Source: Eledone cirrhosa
Taxonomy: Eukaryota
Direction: 5' to 3'
Length of the DNA: 64,000 nucleotides
Assembly: GCA_964016885.1 (NCBI GenBank)
Contig: OZ024743.1
Coordinates: forward strand, 120,528,001 to 120,592,000
Positions 26,205 through 41,002 of the stretch are shown in pieces (positions within the stretch are counted from its first letter, which is position 1; every line of letters starts with the position of its first letter). The position numbers and the translations under genes were made by a program. The notes under the pieces were generated by a model. That model saw only the letters and a program-made list of their open reading frames with translations, had not been told where the DNA came from and made no database searches.

Positions 26205-27210
26205 CTTTCTTTATTGACCACAAGGGTTTACATAAAGTAGGCATTAAGGACAGTGCAGGACAATACAGGACGGTACAAAAGGGCATTTCTGCGTGTAAAA
26301 AAACAAAAGCAGAGGATGTGACAAAAAAGGAACAATGAAAAATTCCCCAATAGGAAGGCGGGGGGGGGGGGGACTTCCGAGGGCCATCGTGGAGAAAGCC
26401 CATTAAAAAAAGCCACGGTGACCCTGACCACCAGGGCAAGTGCCCTCTCCCAGTTTTCCACCTTCAATTTACAGGCACATACTCAGAGTAAGCCCATTCA
26501 CTCGGGCCATTCTTGCCTCTCTCACCCATCTTTCAACAAAATGCTGGGAAGAGAACACTTCCCTCTGTCTTTCCTTTTCAAATGAAATTTGAAAAAGTTA
26601 ATCAGGGCATCACCTAAGAGGTAAGTGCTCGTCTTCAGCACTTTCAAACGCGTCCACTATACTATCTCTTTCGCCATGGCCACCAGACAGATAAAAACTG
26701 CCTGCCCTTCCCGGCTAAAGGAAGAGGGTGGGGAAATCCTCACGATGGACTCAGCTGATAGCCGGATCCGTTCTACACGCGACAGCAGGTGTTCGACATA
26801 AACCCACAAGTCAGCAATGCTCGGAGACTGGACGAGTGCGTGCAGGACGGTTTCCTCGCCCTGCGCACATCTCGGACATGCCCGGCTGACGGCACTTCCA
26901 TGCCTGTAGTGTTTAACCCGAACTGGCAAAGCTCCTCGGTAGCACTGCCAGGCCAGGGATTTCTGGAAGTTGTCCATAGGCCCCGGCCTGAAAGTTCTTC
27001 CGAAGAGATTGGCTAGTTGATTTTCGTCGACGCCTAGAGTTTCCCTAAGTACGTCGTCGCTCTTCCCCTCCACTAATCCTCTATAGAACGCCAAGGTGGA
27101 GTTTCCACCGATCACATTGCCCGACTGGTCGAATGCTGTGAGCGCTCCTCTCGGTCTTCGCTTGACCCAGGACTGCAACTCCGTCAAGGAGACGAGCTGG
27201 GGAAAGACGC
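26161..27210 (-). mobile_element. L1/Tx1-like LINE 3' end (zf-RVT region, 3' UTR, (ATT)n tail)
   Basis: 'AWQCYRGALPV...CPRCAQGEETVLHALV' Cys/His motif, then AATAAA and an (ATT)n tail at 26161-26202. Confidence 0.8.
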
Positions 27211-27706
27211 GTAATAATTGTTTCTACTTTTGGCACAAGGCCAGCAATTACCCATTGTATTACTGGTACTTTATTTTATCGACACCGTAAGGATGAAAGG
27301 CAAAGTTAAACTCGGCGGGATTTGAACTCAGATCGTAAAGGGAGGTAACTCTATGCTTCAAAGCATGGTGTCCGACCCTCTACCGATACTGCCAAATGAT
27401 TTCTAGTATAGGCACAAGACCAGTAATTTGGGGGGGAGGAGAAAGTTGATTAAATCGACTCCAGTACGTTACTGGTGCTTTATTTTATCGACCCCGTAAG
27501 GATAAAATAATAATAATAATTGTTTCTACTTTTGGCACAAGGCCAGCAATTACCCAGTGCATTACTGGTAATTTATTTTATCGACCCCGTAAGGATGAAA
27601 GGCAAAGTTAACCTCGGAGGGATTTGAACTCAGATCATACAGGGAGGTAACTCTATGCTTCAAAGCATGGCGTCCGACACTCTACTGATACTGCCAATCC
27701 ACCGCC
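27211..27706 (-). mobile_element. Tandem cluster of three SINE copies (27211-27394, 27398-27505, 27517-27706)
   Basis: Same SINE consensus, separated by (AAT)n tails. Confidence 0.85.
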
Positions 27707-27721
27707 TTTTAATAATAATAC

Positions 27722-28250
27722 TTTGCTAAGAGTATTGCAATCGCTTGTCAGATTATAGAGTTTGGTGCACTTTTAGGCTACGGCCAGCCACACGAACCTG
27801 TAACAGATCCTGAACAAGCAATGACTGTGCTTTGAAGGTTTTTTAAGTGGGAAAAAGCCTTGCACTCGACCAATTCCACTCTCTGAGCATCGGAAACACT
27901 ACCCGAAAAGAAGAGCTGGTCAACATCATCGAATGCTTCCGAAGCCGCAGGGTTTTTTTCAGAGTTTTCCTCCCCTAGAAAGGTGTTGTGACAACAACTG
28001 TGAGCCTTTCACTCCTAGGTAAAAAAAAACCAAAAAGCAAAAATAAAAAAAACAACTCTATTTCGATGGCCGTTGACCCTGCTGAGTTCCTCTGCCCTTT
28101 GCCGGATCTTGTATTTCATCCTGCAGGGTGTCCAAATATCACCCTCCTCACCAAACTAGCTTGGTGGAGTTGCCGGTTTAGTCGCCGACGACCCGACCAT
28201 GAGACAGGTTGTACTGGGTTATAAGTTACCAGTAGTACTGGAGAGCGACC
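27722..28250 (-). mobile_element. Non-autonomous RTE-related element (family of 56350-56735)
   Basis: Reverse complement of ~56360-56715. Its 5' head is shared with 40358 and 54690. Confidence 0.7.
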
Positions 28251-28273
28251 TGACATACACACATACATTCATG

Positions 28274-28315
<42 letters not shown>

Positions 28316-29932
28316 CACACAGACACATATATGCATATATATGCATATATATATGTATATATATGATGATGATGATGATGATAATTACTTCACCTTTTTA
28401 GTCATTGCCGACTCATTATTCATTGTTGACTCAGACTATTTTCAATGTTGCATTGAGAATGTTATTAAGACCAGCTGATGATTTATAACGTCAAGAGTAT
28501 TCATAGCAGACAAGATTCAACATCGCTACAGGATTGATGTCATGTCTCTGTGAAATGACATTCTCGTAATTTGCAGTCTAAGTTTGGATTTGTGTCCTTG
28601 CACTTGGCTGCTCTCTGCAGAGAATGGAAGTACAATATTGGTATCTGTAAATTGGTATTGTATGTGTGCTAGTTCATGTAATTGATATAGCCTGCTTTCG
28701 AAATAAAGACACATCCACAGGTATCACACTTTAATGGAGGTTTCCAATAAATCACACTTGGCAGCCATATTTCTCTTCTCCATCACGATTTCCTAGCACA
28801 TATACTGAGTTAGACGCATGCATTTATGTCAATGAAACCAACAGTAATCCTAGAATAACTTAACCTGTTACAGCACACATATATATGAAAAAAAAATATA
28901 TATATATATGCGGCTGTGTCTGTATGTGTGTGTGTATATATATGTATTTTTGCTAGAGTTTGTGTACACTGGCATTAAACGGTACGTCGAGTTGCATGAC
29001 TTTACGTCAAATGTAGCTTTGCACGTTTATAGCTTCTGATCGATACAATAAGTGCCAGACTGAAATAACTACTGAACACGAAACCCTAGTATGGCTGCAG
29101 CCGTCTGATAAAATTTATGTTCTTATGTATTGTTTGAAAATGTTGAAATACAGATCGTGGAAAATAATCGAAAATATGAACAGAATGAGATTACTGACAT
29201 TTCTGTATCAATGTATGTGTATAGACATGCATATATTTGTCACTTATAACATGTTATTACGGAGTTATAGTTGTTTGGCAAGTGATTTGATCTGAGACCA
29301 TGTGCTGCAAGTGAGGTAATTACATCATGGAACAGCTATTTTAGAAGTTTAAATACTCAAAATCTACTATCTTTAGTTTTCATTTGTTTCGTGATGTGTC
29401 AAGATTTTCGTCTCACTATTGTGCCTTGGTCACTGACACAGTTCCACTGTATCTGTTTGAAAACTTAATTACTGATGAGCTTTTACACACTCGGAGTTCT
29501 TTTTTGTTGAATACATACGCTGTATACCTTTTGTTTGATATCGTCTAGGTTCCTTTATTTTGTCTGGTTATAAACTTGTACGTACCGCTACCATCTTAAC
29601 AACTTTTCCCTCCATCATTTACTCTTTCGTTCATTTTTCCTTCTTTTTCTCTCCTTTTCTCTTCATACTAATTTCCTCCTTCTGTTGTGATGATACGATT
29701 TCAGTTTATTATCCAGTTACATAAAAAGTATTTTTGAAATATCTTATTAAGGCACAAGTCAAGAGAAGTTAGATTCTTTCCTAGTTAAACGTGGAATAAG
29801 AAATAAAGTGCAAATATAAATATGTACATTTCGACCCCTCCCCCACCGTCTCTCTCTCTCTGTATATGTATATATATATATATATATACATATATACGTA
29901 CATATATATATATATATTTCAAACACACACAT

Positions 29933-29978
<46 letters not shown>

Positions 29979-32900
29979 ATCCTAATGCACACATAAATGT
30001 ATATGTGTATAAAATTGATCTAAGGAAGGCGTCATTGAGCATTCTTTTAGTCAAATATTGCATTGATGTCAAAATATTCGAACGTATATTTGAGATTAAA
30101 TTCTTACTCTTGTATGGAGACTGATTCCACTACCTAGTTTAGCGCTGTATCACAGGGATGTGTAGATATGATATCCACACCGAGTCTATTTCCCAAACCA
30201 TTATATTTGTCTAGTGTATGTTGGTGAAAAACGGATGCAAATTTCTTTTCAGTATAGTTGTTCTTCCAGGGCTAACACCTGGATCTATCTCACCTATGTA
30301 AGTTTCAGGGAGATTTTGTCACTATAGAAAATATACAGCATCTCTAATTTTGTATTTGATATGTGAGCTTGTGATACATATTTCCCAGACATTTTTACAG
30401 GTATCACTCTAAAAATGTAGAAGTTATAGACAATCTTAACTATAATAAAGAAAGGAGTGCTGGACTGCATCCAGAATATATTTTTTTACCCCGTTTGTAA
30501 AATAAGTTGTATTACTTTGAATAAATAATGAATGAATATTACATAATTTATCTACTAAATTTCGTGGCTGTTGATTAAATATATTTTATAGCTTATTTAA
30601 AGATTCACTTCTTTCAAATTGTCAAATGTCAACACTTATAATCGCATATATTTCCGTCGCGAATTTTCTCCTAATGCAATTTATATATAATATCGTCTTT
30701 TTTAAAATGTATCATGGATTATGTTACTGATTACGTACGACAGTGTAACACAGTCTTCGTTCAATTTCTGTGTATATTGTCAATTACGATTTTATTTACA
30801 TGCATATATATTTGTGGTGTATAATATACACTACACATGCTAGCAGAAAACCACACGAAGGGTGGTTTTTCTGCTAGTCTATTTAACGTATCTACTTTTC
30901 TTTTACCTATGACTTGAATATTGAGATTAGAATGCTCTCAAACCACTATATTCCAAAATTTCTTAAGGTATATAGCGCATCTGCAATAAATTATTCGTGT
31001 AGTTATAAAGGCATTTGCAGTATATTATTATTACATTTGTATGCATTAGTGTATGAATGTCTTCTAACATATACCAATTGTTATTATAACTTCTTCCGAA
31101 CAACTCGAGATGCATCTGTTCACTGTAATTATATAATAAGATGAATTTAATTGCATTGATTTTTTGCTAAAAAATTATATATCATATTTATAATAACTGA
31201 AATTACTCAAGGATAGTTACTAGTATTTGTAAACTGGTAATGATCTGTGTCGGCCTGATTCAAAGGAATTAGAAAATCAATTTGCTCGTATGTTTATAAT
31301 AACCACCTACCGATCATATGTGCAACGTTTAATCTTTGCTATATTTTTCCCAGTGAGTTTACAAAACTTGCCATTTTGTTTTGGCACATGATACAACATG
31401 ACACTGCATTGTGTCCCAGGTCTGGAAAGCTTACTAGACTCTGTTATAATAAGTCATGAGATTAAATATTAATTATGTATGCGTTGCTTCGATTTTGTGA
31501 GAACAATTCTGCTGTGGCATAAGTCTTCTCTGCCGGATAAACTACCAATGAAATCTGCTATTATTAGTCATTTTCCGTTAATCATTGATCGTGTCACAAT
31601 ACTTGAATGTGTGCTCTAGAAACATTTAGATATCGAATTTTTTTCGACGCTGAATGTTCTAATTTAAAAGAAAAAAATCAGTTCATTTCAGCATCTGATG
31701 ATTTGTGAAATAGGCTACCTCTTTACTTTATAAGCATACCGATGAAACAGAATCATGTTTATAAACCATTTTTATAAACCATGTTTATAAACCATTTTAT
31801 ATTACCACATAAACATATCATTATAATATTTCGAAATAAAATATATCTTCAGAGATAAATAATTTAAAAATATCCTTACCTACACTACATTTCGATCGGC
31901 ATATAGTGGGCTGAATTCGAACTAGAAATATTTTAGCACGAAACTAATGGTAGTACTAGTCTACTATACACACCCAGGAAGAGGAGACCAGGTGACAGTC
32001 GTGTATAAAACCTATATGTAGATGTAAATGTTTTATCTCTTAAGATTAATAGAGTTTAATTGTCCGAAAAAGTATAATCTTGGAAACAACCTGTCGCAGA
32101 CATTTAAAGTAAAAAATTAAATTTGCAAATCGATATCTATTTGAATATTTCGCAAAATGTTATTTGAAATATATGTGCCGTAACTATCTTTTTACGATTT
32201 TATGTTAGTGAAACGAATTTGAGACTCATGTATTCGCATATCTGATTAACTTCAAGCCCAAATGAATAGTCAGTATTTTGTATGTTTTATGAGATTTTTC
32301 TAATGTCTTCGACATCTCGTTTATATTTACGTATGTAAAATCTTGTTTTGCAAAATAGGAATAAATTGAAAATCTATAAGATTGAGTTCATTTTATATGA
32401 TATATAGTTAGACGTTTAACATACATCAATAGTAATGCGCCACTAAGGAATGGTTCAGGAAATGAGTAATTGACACTTTATAATTACACAAATCTGTATT
32501 GCTTTTGTCCCACAACTTGTTTGTCTGTTTTTAAAGAAGGCACAAAATTTACGCGAAATTTGGAAAAAAAAAATCAACTTAGAAAATCAATATATCCCAG
32601 GCATACTAACAAAGTCTTATCTCAAATCACTCTTTATGAGGAATTAAATTTCAAACTTTATTGGAGATTGCTCAGGAAATTGTATACTGACGTCACTAGG
32701 TCATGTGTCAACTACATTGTACCATCATATATTGGAGAAAAAAGAACCTTATAGATTTTTTAGAGTTATATTAACATTTGGACAAACAGACTTTTATAAG
32801 CATAGACGTAATAAGGTATAACTGTAACAAAACAGTTTTATACATATATGCTAAATAATGTTTTAAAAATGATATATACTAGAAAATATGGAATGTATAG

Positions 32901-33280
32901 AAATAATGAGATAAGAGTCAGGTTGTTTAAATTTCATCGATTCAGAAATATCTTATTAATATGCATTCACTTTTCATAGCAAACTATGGGATTCATGAAA
33001 TATGTATATTATCGAAAAAGGACACAAGTGATTACAGTTTAAAAAAATGGATAGTTTCTGCACTCAGTTCCCAGAGAGATGAACAGATAATTAGAATCAT
33101 TGTTATATATATTGGCTAAACTATCAATATTACATTTACCCAACTTCTTTAAAAGAATGGGTCGTATCTACGTTACTTATAAACTAGCGTTACAATTATT
33201 GCATTTTACTCTTGAAAACTAGGTATTTTCGTCTCCAAGTATTCAACTTACATTCACACAACAGTTTTATACTTGTTAAT

Positions 33281-33351
33281 GCTGCTGCTGCTGCTGCTGC
33301 TGCTCCTACTACTACTGCTATCCCCTCCTCCTCCTCCTCCTCCTCCTCCTC

Positions 33352-33419
<68 letters not shown>

Positions 33420-33493
33420 GCTATCCCCTCCTCCTCCTCCTCCTCCTCCTCCTCCTCCTCCTCCTCCTCCTCCTCCTCCTCCTCCTCCTCCTC

Positions 33494-33568
<75 letters not shown>

Positions 33569-33569
33569 A
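33281..33569. repeat. Compound trinucleotide microsatellite (GCT)n/(CCT)n/(ACT)n with a duplicated module
   Basis: 'gctatcc(cct)n(act)n' occurs twice. Confidence 0.95.
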
Positions 33570-34299
33570 TTTCTATTAATGATTTCTATTAATGATTTAT
33601 TCATTAGCCACCAATGCTTTTACATATATGAGAAAAGTTATATAGGGGTTGCAGCATATATAGAGATTAACAAGTAATGTTATATAAAAATCGAGGGTTG
33701 GGAAATGATGTTATACAAAACATGCATGAAAATTCGATAAAGCGAAATAAGAATAACATTTCGGATTAGCCACTACACATGAGTATCTACTTACAAGACT
33801 CCACATTTTTACTTGTCCAACATGAGCATCAACTAAATCACCTGTGAGTATTCTTTGGTGTAGTTATACATGAATGAACCTATGTCTTCTCGGCATAAGT
33901 ACTTTATTCATCCATATATTTCTTTCGTTGTTAAAAGTAAAACTTTATCATCAGAGTGCTCTCGGTGGTCTCGGTTCGATAAATGAGACCAATCCACACA
34001 TTGCGTGGTTTTGTCCTCTCCTACTCATACAGTTAACTTAGCAGACTATTTTTACTATATTATGACCATGTATTTATACAAATCACATGGTTTCACCTTT
34101 GTTTTAGAAGTTATGTGATAGGGATGTTTTTTTTCTAAACCCCCCCCCCCTCGATTTCTGTTATAACGATCTGACTGTTCTGCTCTAATCAATTTCCATT
34201 TGGTTCTAATCCCTGCAAGAGGATTTTATGGTACTCTTAGGAGGGATAACTCCTGCATATGAGACCAATCCATCTCTGGATTGAACAAGAATACTTCTG

Positions 34300-36400
34300 C
34301 AGCGTTCGCTTCATGTGGATTTTCATGTGGTTCCTTCCAAGGTTGGCGAACACGGCCCATGACGTTGAACGGTTCCAAAATGTGCCCATTCACTCTAACT
34401 CCAGAGCAGATGTCACAGTGTATTGCAACGATAAAGCCCCTAAAAACGTATCCGAAGCTAGCTGCTTTGAGGACTGCCGTAATGTAACAATGGTCGACAC
34501 TATCGAAAGCTTTCGATTGATTTATGTTGATTAGGGCTCCACCCTTTCCAGGTTCCTTAGAGAATCTCACAATCATGTATCACATAAGGTGGAGGATGTC
34601 TTGGATGGACCTGCCCGGAATGCACCTCCTCTACCAGCCGACCGACAATAACCGCCGACCTCGTTGTTAATACTTTGGTCAAAATTTTAAACTTTGCATT
34701 TAACAGAGTTATTGGCCTGAAATTATTTATATGGTCCTCCTTTCTCAGGGTCCCTTTTCAGCAGCCTCCCTCGGCTCACAGAAATGAGGATTCCCCTCTC
34801 TCCCGTTCTGCTGATAATTTGCGCAGGTGTCCGCTAAGATGTCACCGAACAAGTCTGGCATGTTTATGTATCGTAGGGTAGACCATCCAAACCAGGCGAT
34901 TTACCACTTATGCAGCAAGCCATTGCGTCTCATATTTCATCGGCTGTTACTAGATTTTCGCAATACGCCACCTCTCCCGCCGAGAGCCGCAGCAGGCCAT
35001 CGGGGTAGGCTCTAAAGTCCATCTCTCGATCTGACCCACCTATCTCCCGAACATTTGAGCGAAGTGTCGCAGAAAAGCCGCAACACCTCTGCTCGTGGTC
35101 AAGGTCAATCTCATCGCAAGCACATCGGTTGTGATTCTTTTACTAAATACCTTTTCGTGGTTTCTAACTAGACCCCTCCAATTCTAGTTTTCTCTGTTGC
35201 TACAGCTTTATTAAATCTTATTGATTCTGATCTCATAACTTTATTTAGGATGAACTCCCATTTGTTGTTGACGATTTCCCCCGTTATAGTCCGCTTAACT
35301 AATTCTCTAATCCGGTCTTTGTGATCTCTGCGTGCCGGGAAAGACACGTTCAGCTTCCAGTAACCGGGTACCCCTCTATGAAGTCTGCCTAGATCGACTA
35401 CACAGATCAAAGATTTGTGGTCTAGGAACGCCCCGCTCTTTAGTACTAGTGGGCGACTGGAACGGTACATTGGATGCAATCTGGGACTGTGTAAGACAAG
35501 CAGATATGAGAGGGGTGTAAAAGCCTCGCTAACCTACTCAGATGCTTACAATTGTCTCACAGGTAACAACTGGATTTCTTGAATGTGCCAATGTGAACAT
35601 AGGCAAACCGCATCAGATCATCCAAACCGTATCTAGATAGGGTATTTTGTAGGGAGGTAGATAAGTCTAGTGTAGGTTGTCCACAATCCGAAGTCGTCGA
35701 CTACACAGACCACAAATCATTGATCTGTGTAGTCGACGACTTCGGATTGTGGAAACCTACACTAGACTTATCTACTTCCCTACAAAATACCCTATCTAGA
35801 TACGGTTTGGATGATCTGATGCGGTTTGCCTATGTTCACATTGGCACATTCAAGAAATCCAGTTGTTACCTGTGAGACAATTGGAAGCATCTGAGTAGGT
35901 TAGCGAGGCTTTAAAACCCCTCTCATATCTGCTTGTCTTACACAGTCCCAGATTGCATCCAATGTACCGTTCCAGTCGCCCACTAGTACTAAAGAGCGTC
36001 ACAAGGTGCCTGAAAATATCAAGCGGTCCTTCCTCTATAGGGGCATAGACGGCCACCAGCCTGAAGGTATGCTCTTTTCTGTTGGACACGTCCAGCACCA
36101 CTATTTTACCTTCGGAATCCAAGAAGATGGTTCGTATCGCGAGATCTAAGCCTTTCCGAAATAAATTAGCGATTTCGCTCCCAGATACGGGACAGCTTGG
36201 AGATGTGTACACCTCGTAGCCGCTGAAAATGGGCGCGAAAGTTCATGCGACGGAAATTCAGGGACCTGATGTTGTTGAGCAGGCGGCCTTGCTTCCAAGA
36301 CTATTCCAGACGACGTGCATTTTCACTGCCTCTCTTGTGAGAGGCAATGTTCAATGAAGAGGTGGGGAACATGGAAAAGGCCACATCTCAGTGGGTTTGA
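34300..36400 (-). mobile_element. Degraded L1/Tx1-like ORF2 (APE + RT) with internal fold-back duplication
   Basis: Peptides 'FRLVAVYAP', 'VLVGDWNG', 'YLDRVF', 'YTDHKSLICVVD..GYWKLNVS' and 'GALININQSKAFDSVDH'. Confidence 0.8.
35435..35998. repeat. Palindrome with ~275-bp arms (35435-35709 and 35724-35998)
   Basis: Near-identical inverted arms around a ~14-nt loop. Confidence 0.9.
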
Positions 36401-38346
36401 TCAGCGTACTTCACGACACACACTACCCTCCACTTCCATGTATTGCGTATATAGTTATTGGTAACTGTTATTGACAGGTATGTGTCACCAAACAGTTCAA
36501 ACATGCAACATTCCGGATTGATAGTGTGATTATACCTCTGGTAATATCTAGTCGGGGAAGACTGGGCATGAGCTAAAACTATTAGGCTGTCTTCGCTTTT
36601 AGCTGTAATTCTTGGAGCCTGGTATGAACCTCTCGTTTGTCGTAATTCGGCTTACTTCGCGTTTTGCGAAATGTCTAAGAAGAGGCTTTAGTTATACTGT
36701 ATTCATATTCAGAATTGCCCACTGTTTTAATTTTCTATTTAGTTCTTTAACTTCTTTAATGGTATCCATTCTGCAGTGCATGAATGTTTAGTGTTGAGAG
36801 TATTCGTAGGTTTTGAGCAATCAGTATGTGAAAAACCTATTTATGCTAAATGTTTCAGTTTTTCTTCTTGTTATGCTGTGTTTAACGATTTCAAGCTTTT
36901 GTCTGACGTATCTAATACAATTGTATTGGTTTTATATATCACTATTGTTAATAATAGCATTATCATTTACTCTGAATTGCTATCTTTCATAAGATTTCGT
37001 GATGAAATGTATTCTTCATTAACAAAGGGGTTCTGAATATTTAAACGTCGAGCCTCTTATCACAGAGTAAAAAATGGGATTGCCCTAAGACATTTATATT
37101 GTGTGCACTAATATTTGAAAACATCCGCTTTGATTATATTTGGTGTTCACTTCTGGGGTTGCTTTTTTCTACCCCTCCATAAAAATATTTCAGCACTCCT
37201 TTTTTATCTATACACTCACATTGCATAAATATACGAATTCCTCACCATCTGCCTTCTCTGTATATGAACTCATATATATTTCGCCATCCATCTACCACAC
37301 ATCCAGATGGACACACTATAGCATCAGGCACTTATCACACACTAAAATTATGCCATACATTCACGCGTTACCTTCCTCAGAAATTTCACTAACTTAACTC
37401 CCTTCTCGCTCGCAACCTCTCACACATATAAACACATTTCTCACATGTTTCACTTAACTTCACTATCTTCTCCCACGCACATTTTACCACTTTACCTCTT
37501 CTATACCGTACATCCGCATCCACACTATGACGTCTTGCATACACCACCCATTTACACTTTGGCTAACAAAGAAAGAATCGCACACTACCTTGCTTACAAA
37601 TTTAACTCCCTACTCGTTCATACGCATAAACAGGCTTCACACAAACTTCATTTCACTGCACTAAATTATGTGTAGCTTTGTCTGCGTGTGACACTACACT
37701 TATCAAATGTATACTTCACATATACGTCACTTCAGTTCACAACATCCTCCCACGTTGCCACGCTTATTTCGTTTGCAAAAAAAAAAAATCAAAAAAAATC
37801 ACAGCGTTTCAGCGTTTTTCCTGCACTACTTCATGCTTATCAAGTAAAATATGTTGCATCTGTAATCAAAACCCCATGTTTGCTTTCTTTCATATTTTTC
37901 TTTCCCTTGTTTCATATACATTCTTGAGGAAAGACTATCATCCTAAACATCGATTTCTCTTCAATTTGTTCTTTCACAGCCTAATTACAGTGACGTTGTA
38001 TTGATGTAGGTTGATTTCGTAATCATTTTTTGTTTTTTATCCTATTTTTGTATGTGTAGTACCTGGATAATAATTAACACACTGATTTAGATATTCCTGG
38101 ATATTAGACTTCGAGATACGAACATAAAGAAGAGAGAGAGAGAGAGAGAGAGAGAGACTGACTGCGCAAAGAAGTAGGTGCACTAGGAATATCTCCGTCC
38201 ATGAAGCTATGTGAGAAAAAAACTTAGGCAATCCAAGTAACCAACTAATTAATTAATTAATATTCTAATTAATTGACAATAAAACTACAGTGAAGTACAA
38301 AGAGAATATATGAAATACTGTTAACATGCCTCTTCCATATTAGAAT

Positions 38347-38382
<36 letters not shown>

Positions 38383-40084
38383 ACATATATATATATATAT
38401 GTATTTGAATATTTATATATATATATACATTTAGTTGTCAGCTCCCGAAGAATCAAATATGTGATCCAGTTTCCATTCGAACCATTTCACTGCAATACAC
38501 CGGAATTTCGAAAGTGAATTTACACAGAAGTCCATGGACTCGTGGGCTCCAGTATGGCGAATTAATTGCTCGTGAAAATACCGTCAATATTGGTAATTGT
38601 ATAACTGGCACGATGCTATTCTAGATGTTCTGATATCGGAACTGATGTCTGTCCTCCGTCATCTTCAGAAGAGTCTTTGATTTTATTGGACCCGGAATTT
38701 GCTTGTTTTGCCTCTTCTTCACTCTCCTACTTTGTCCTGGAGAAGGGTTTATTAAAACAAATTTATTTTAAAATAATGGCTTTTCACTGCAGCTTAAAGG
38801 ATATCAGTAGTATTCTGATTATCTAGAAAGAATATTTCCATAAGTGATGAATGAAGAAACTGTCTGAATATATTAGAATTATATATAAGGCGAAGGTATG
38901 ATGAAAGGTGGTAATGAACCAAACCGCCCATAATTTAAATTCAATATTTACCCTATAATATTTACATTAATTGATATCTATTGTTACAGGACCCAAATGT
39001 TATAAACAAATAATAATTTTTTGTTTATATTTAGAATGAGAGAGAAGCTTAACATTCACTTAATTATAGTATTTTTATGCGGATGGCGTCGCTGAATAAT
39101 TTATCTTCTACACATTTCTCACTGTTTATGCCAACTGATATACATTCTTATATATACACTCATCCCTACTTGAGCAAATATTTTACTGATGAGGTACAAT
39201 AATCAGAACATGCTTAGAATTGTCTCCCCACATGCAAAAATAGAACATAATCAAACAAAAATAATTCCTGTCATTGGCAAATATTTTTGCCACCACATAC
39301 TTATTTCCAGTTAACTATTTAATGCTGAACTAAAGTTAATTCAAATAATATATCAAATTCCTTAATCATAACTGTTATCTCTTTCATGGGCATTATTCAT
39401 TGTAATACTTTATATTAACTTACTTTATATTAACTCACTATATTTAGCAATATAGATTTTTTTTTATTTATTACACTTTGATGTCATTTGTGTTGTATAT
39501 GTTTATAGTCTGATTTTTGTATACGAACCTTGTGGGTAATTAGTTTCCCACCAACGACTGCTGTGTCTCATTTCGGACATGACATAAAAAGATTTGTTTG
39601 CAGTCATAAAGCTGACATAAAGCTGACATGAAATAAAAAAAAGGTTTGTTTGCACTCATACCATTAAAATATTCTGTTTTCCTTGCTACAGAAAAGATAG
39701 ATTTCAATCGATATTTCTAGGTATTTGTTGTTTAATTTTATCGCGTGATAATCCTACGTATTGATCTTATAATTAGAGTGGATGACAAGCAGCATGCGGA
39801 GATTTGGGCATGAGCATAATGAATAAGACACACCACAAGAGAGAAGGGAAAGGGAAACAAAGAAAGAAAGGAACGAATAGAGTCTGCTTTATGCACATAG
39901 ATTTTATAATGTTTCTTTATAATAGTATTGATCTCCATTATATAATATAATCTGTCGTTAAAGATTAATAGATAATGTGAAAACACGAATAGGAGGCTAA
40001 ACACAGGAGTCACTGATGAAAAATAAAAAGAATGGGAATAGTGAGAGAGACAGAGAGAAAGAGAGAGAAAGAAAGAGAGAGACA

Positions 40085-40161
<77 letters not shown>

Positions 40162-40196
40162 TCATGTATATATGTATATCTATCTATCTCTCTCTC

Positions 40197-40262
<66 letters not shown>

Positions 40263-40357
40263 TGTATATATGTATGTATGTATATATATATGTATTTATG
40301 TATATATTATATATATATACATATGTATATATATATATATATGTATATATTATATGT

Positions 40358-40962
40358 CAGGTCACCAGTTGGTGCTACTGGTAACATGTATGCCAGTACA
40401 ATCTGTCTCATGGTCGAGTCGTTGGCGACTAAACTGGCAACCCTACCAAGGTTTCTTGGTGAGGAGGGTGACTTTGGACATCCTGCCGGACTAAAAACAA
40501 AGCCTGTCAAAGGGCAAAGGAGCTCTTAAGAGTTAATGGCCATCCAAAATCCCCGGGAGAGATGATCCCTTAGCCTTTGTCAAGGCAGAATTCTAGGTGA
40601 AGGAAAACTCTGATATAACACCTGCAACCCTGATGGTATCCAATGATGTTGACTTGTTCTTCTTTTTGGTAAATATCATCTTGGTTAAAAGAGTGGGACT
40701 GGCTTTGTGCAGTGCCTTTGCTCACTATAAAAGCTTCACGGCACAGGCATTGCTTTATATCTGGAGATCTCTCTGCACTTGTCGTCACATGGTACCATGC
40801 GCCGAGCACTATGTGTCAATAATTGTCACAAGTGTAGTGTTTGTACCAGAGTTTTCAAGTCTCTGGCTGGACTAAAAAGTCAGACTCGTTCAGTGCATCG
40901 GTAGGGGTTCTCCTACATGGATATAAAGTAGTGGCCGTACTCGAAAACGAGTTGGCAGCCAC
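40358..40962 (+). mobile_element. Bipartite non-autonomous RTE-related element (5' head + 3' tail)
   Basis: Head 'tggtcgagtcgttggcgactaaactggcaacc...gaggagggtg' is shared with 28250 and 54725. Body is shared with 2068-2478. Ends in ggcagcc. Confidence 0.7.
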
Positions 40963-40970
40963 AATATATG

Positions 40971-41002
<32 letters not shown>

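Noticed and set aside
30253-30297. Resemblance of YSCSSRANTWIYLTY to the rhomboid WRxxTY region
   Set aside because: It lacks the WR arginine, is only 15 aa, and no neighbouring exons support it.
31694-31720. CTGATGA-tttgt-GAAAT motif
   Set aside because: No stem III, cleavage triplet or stem I.
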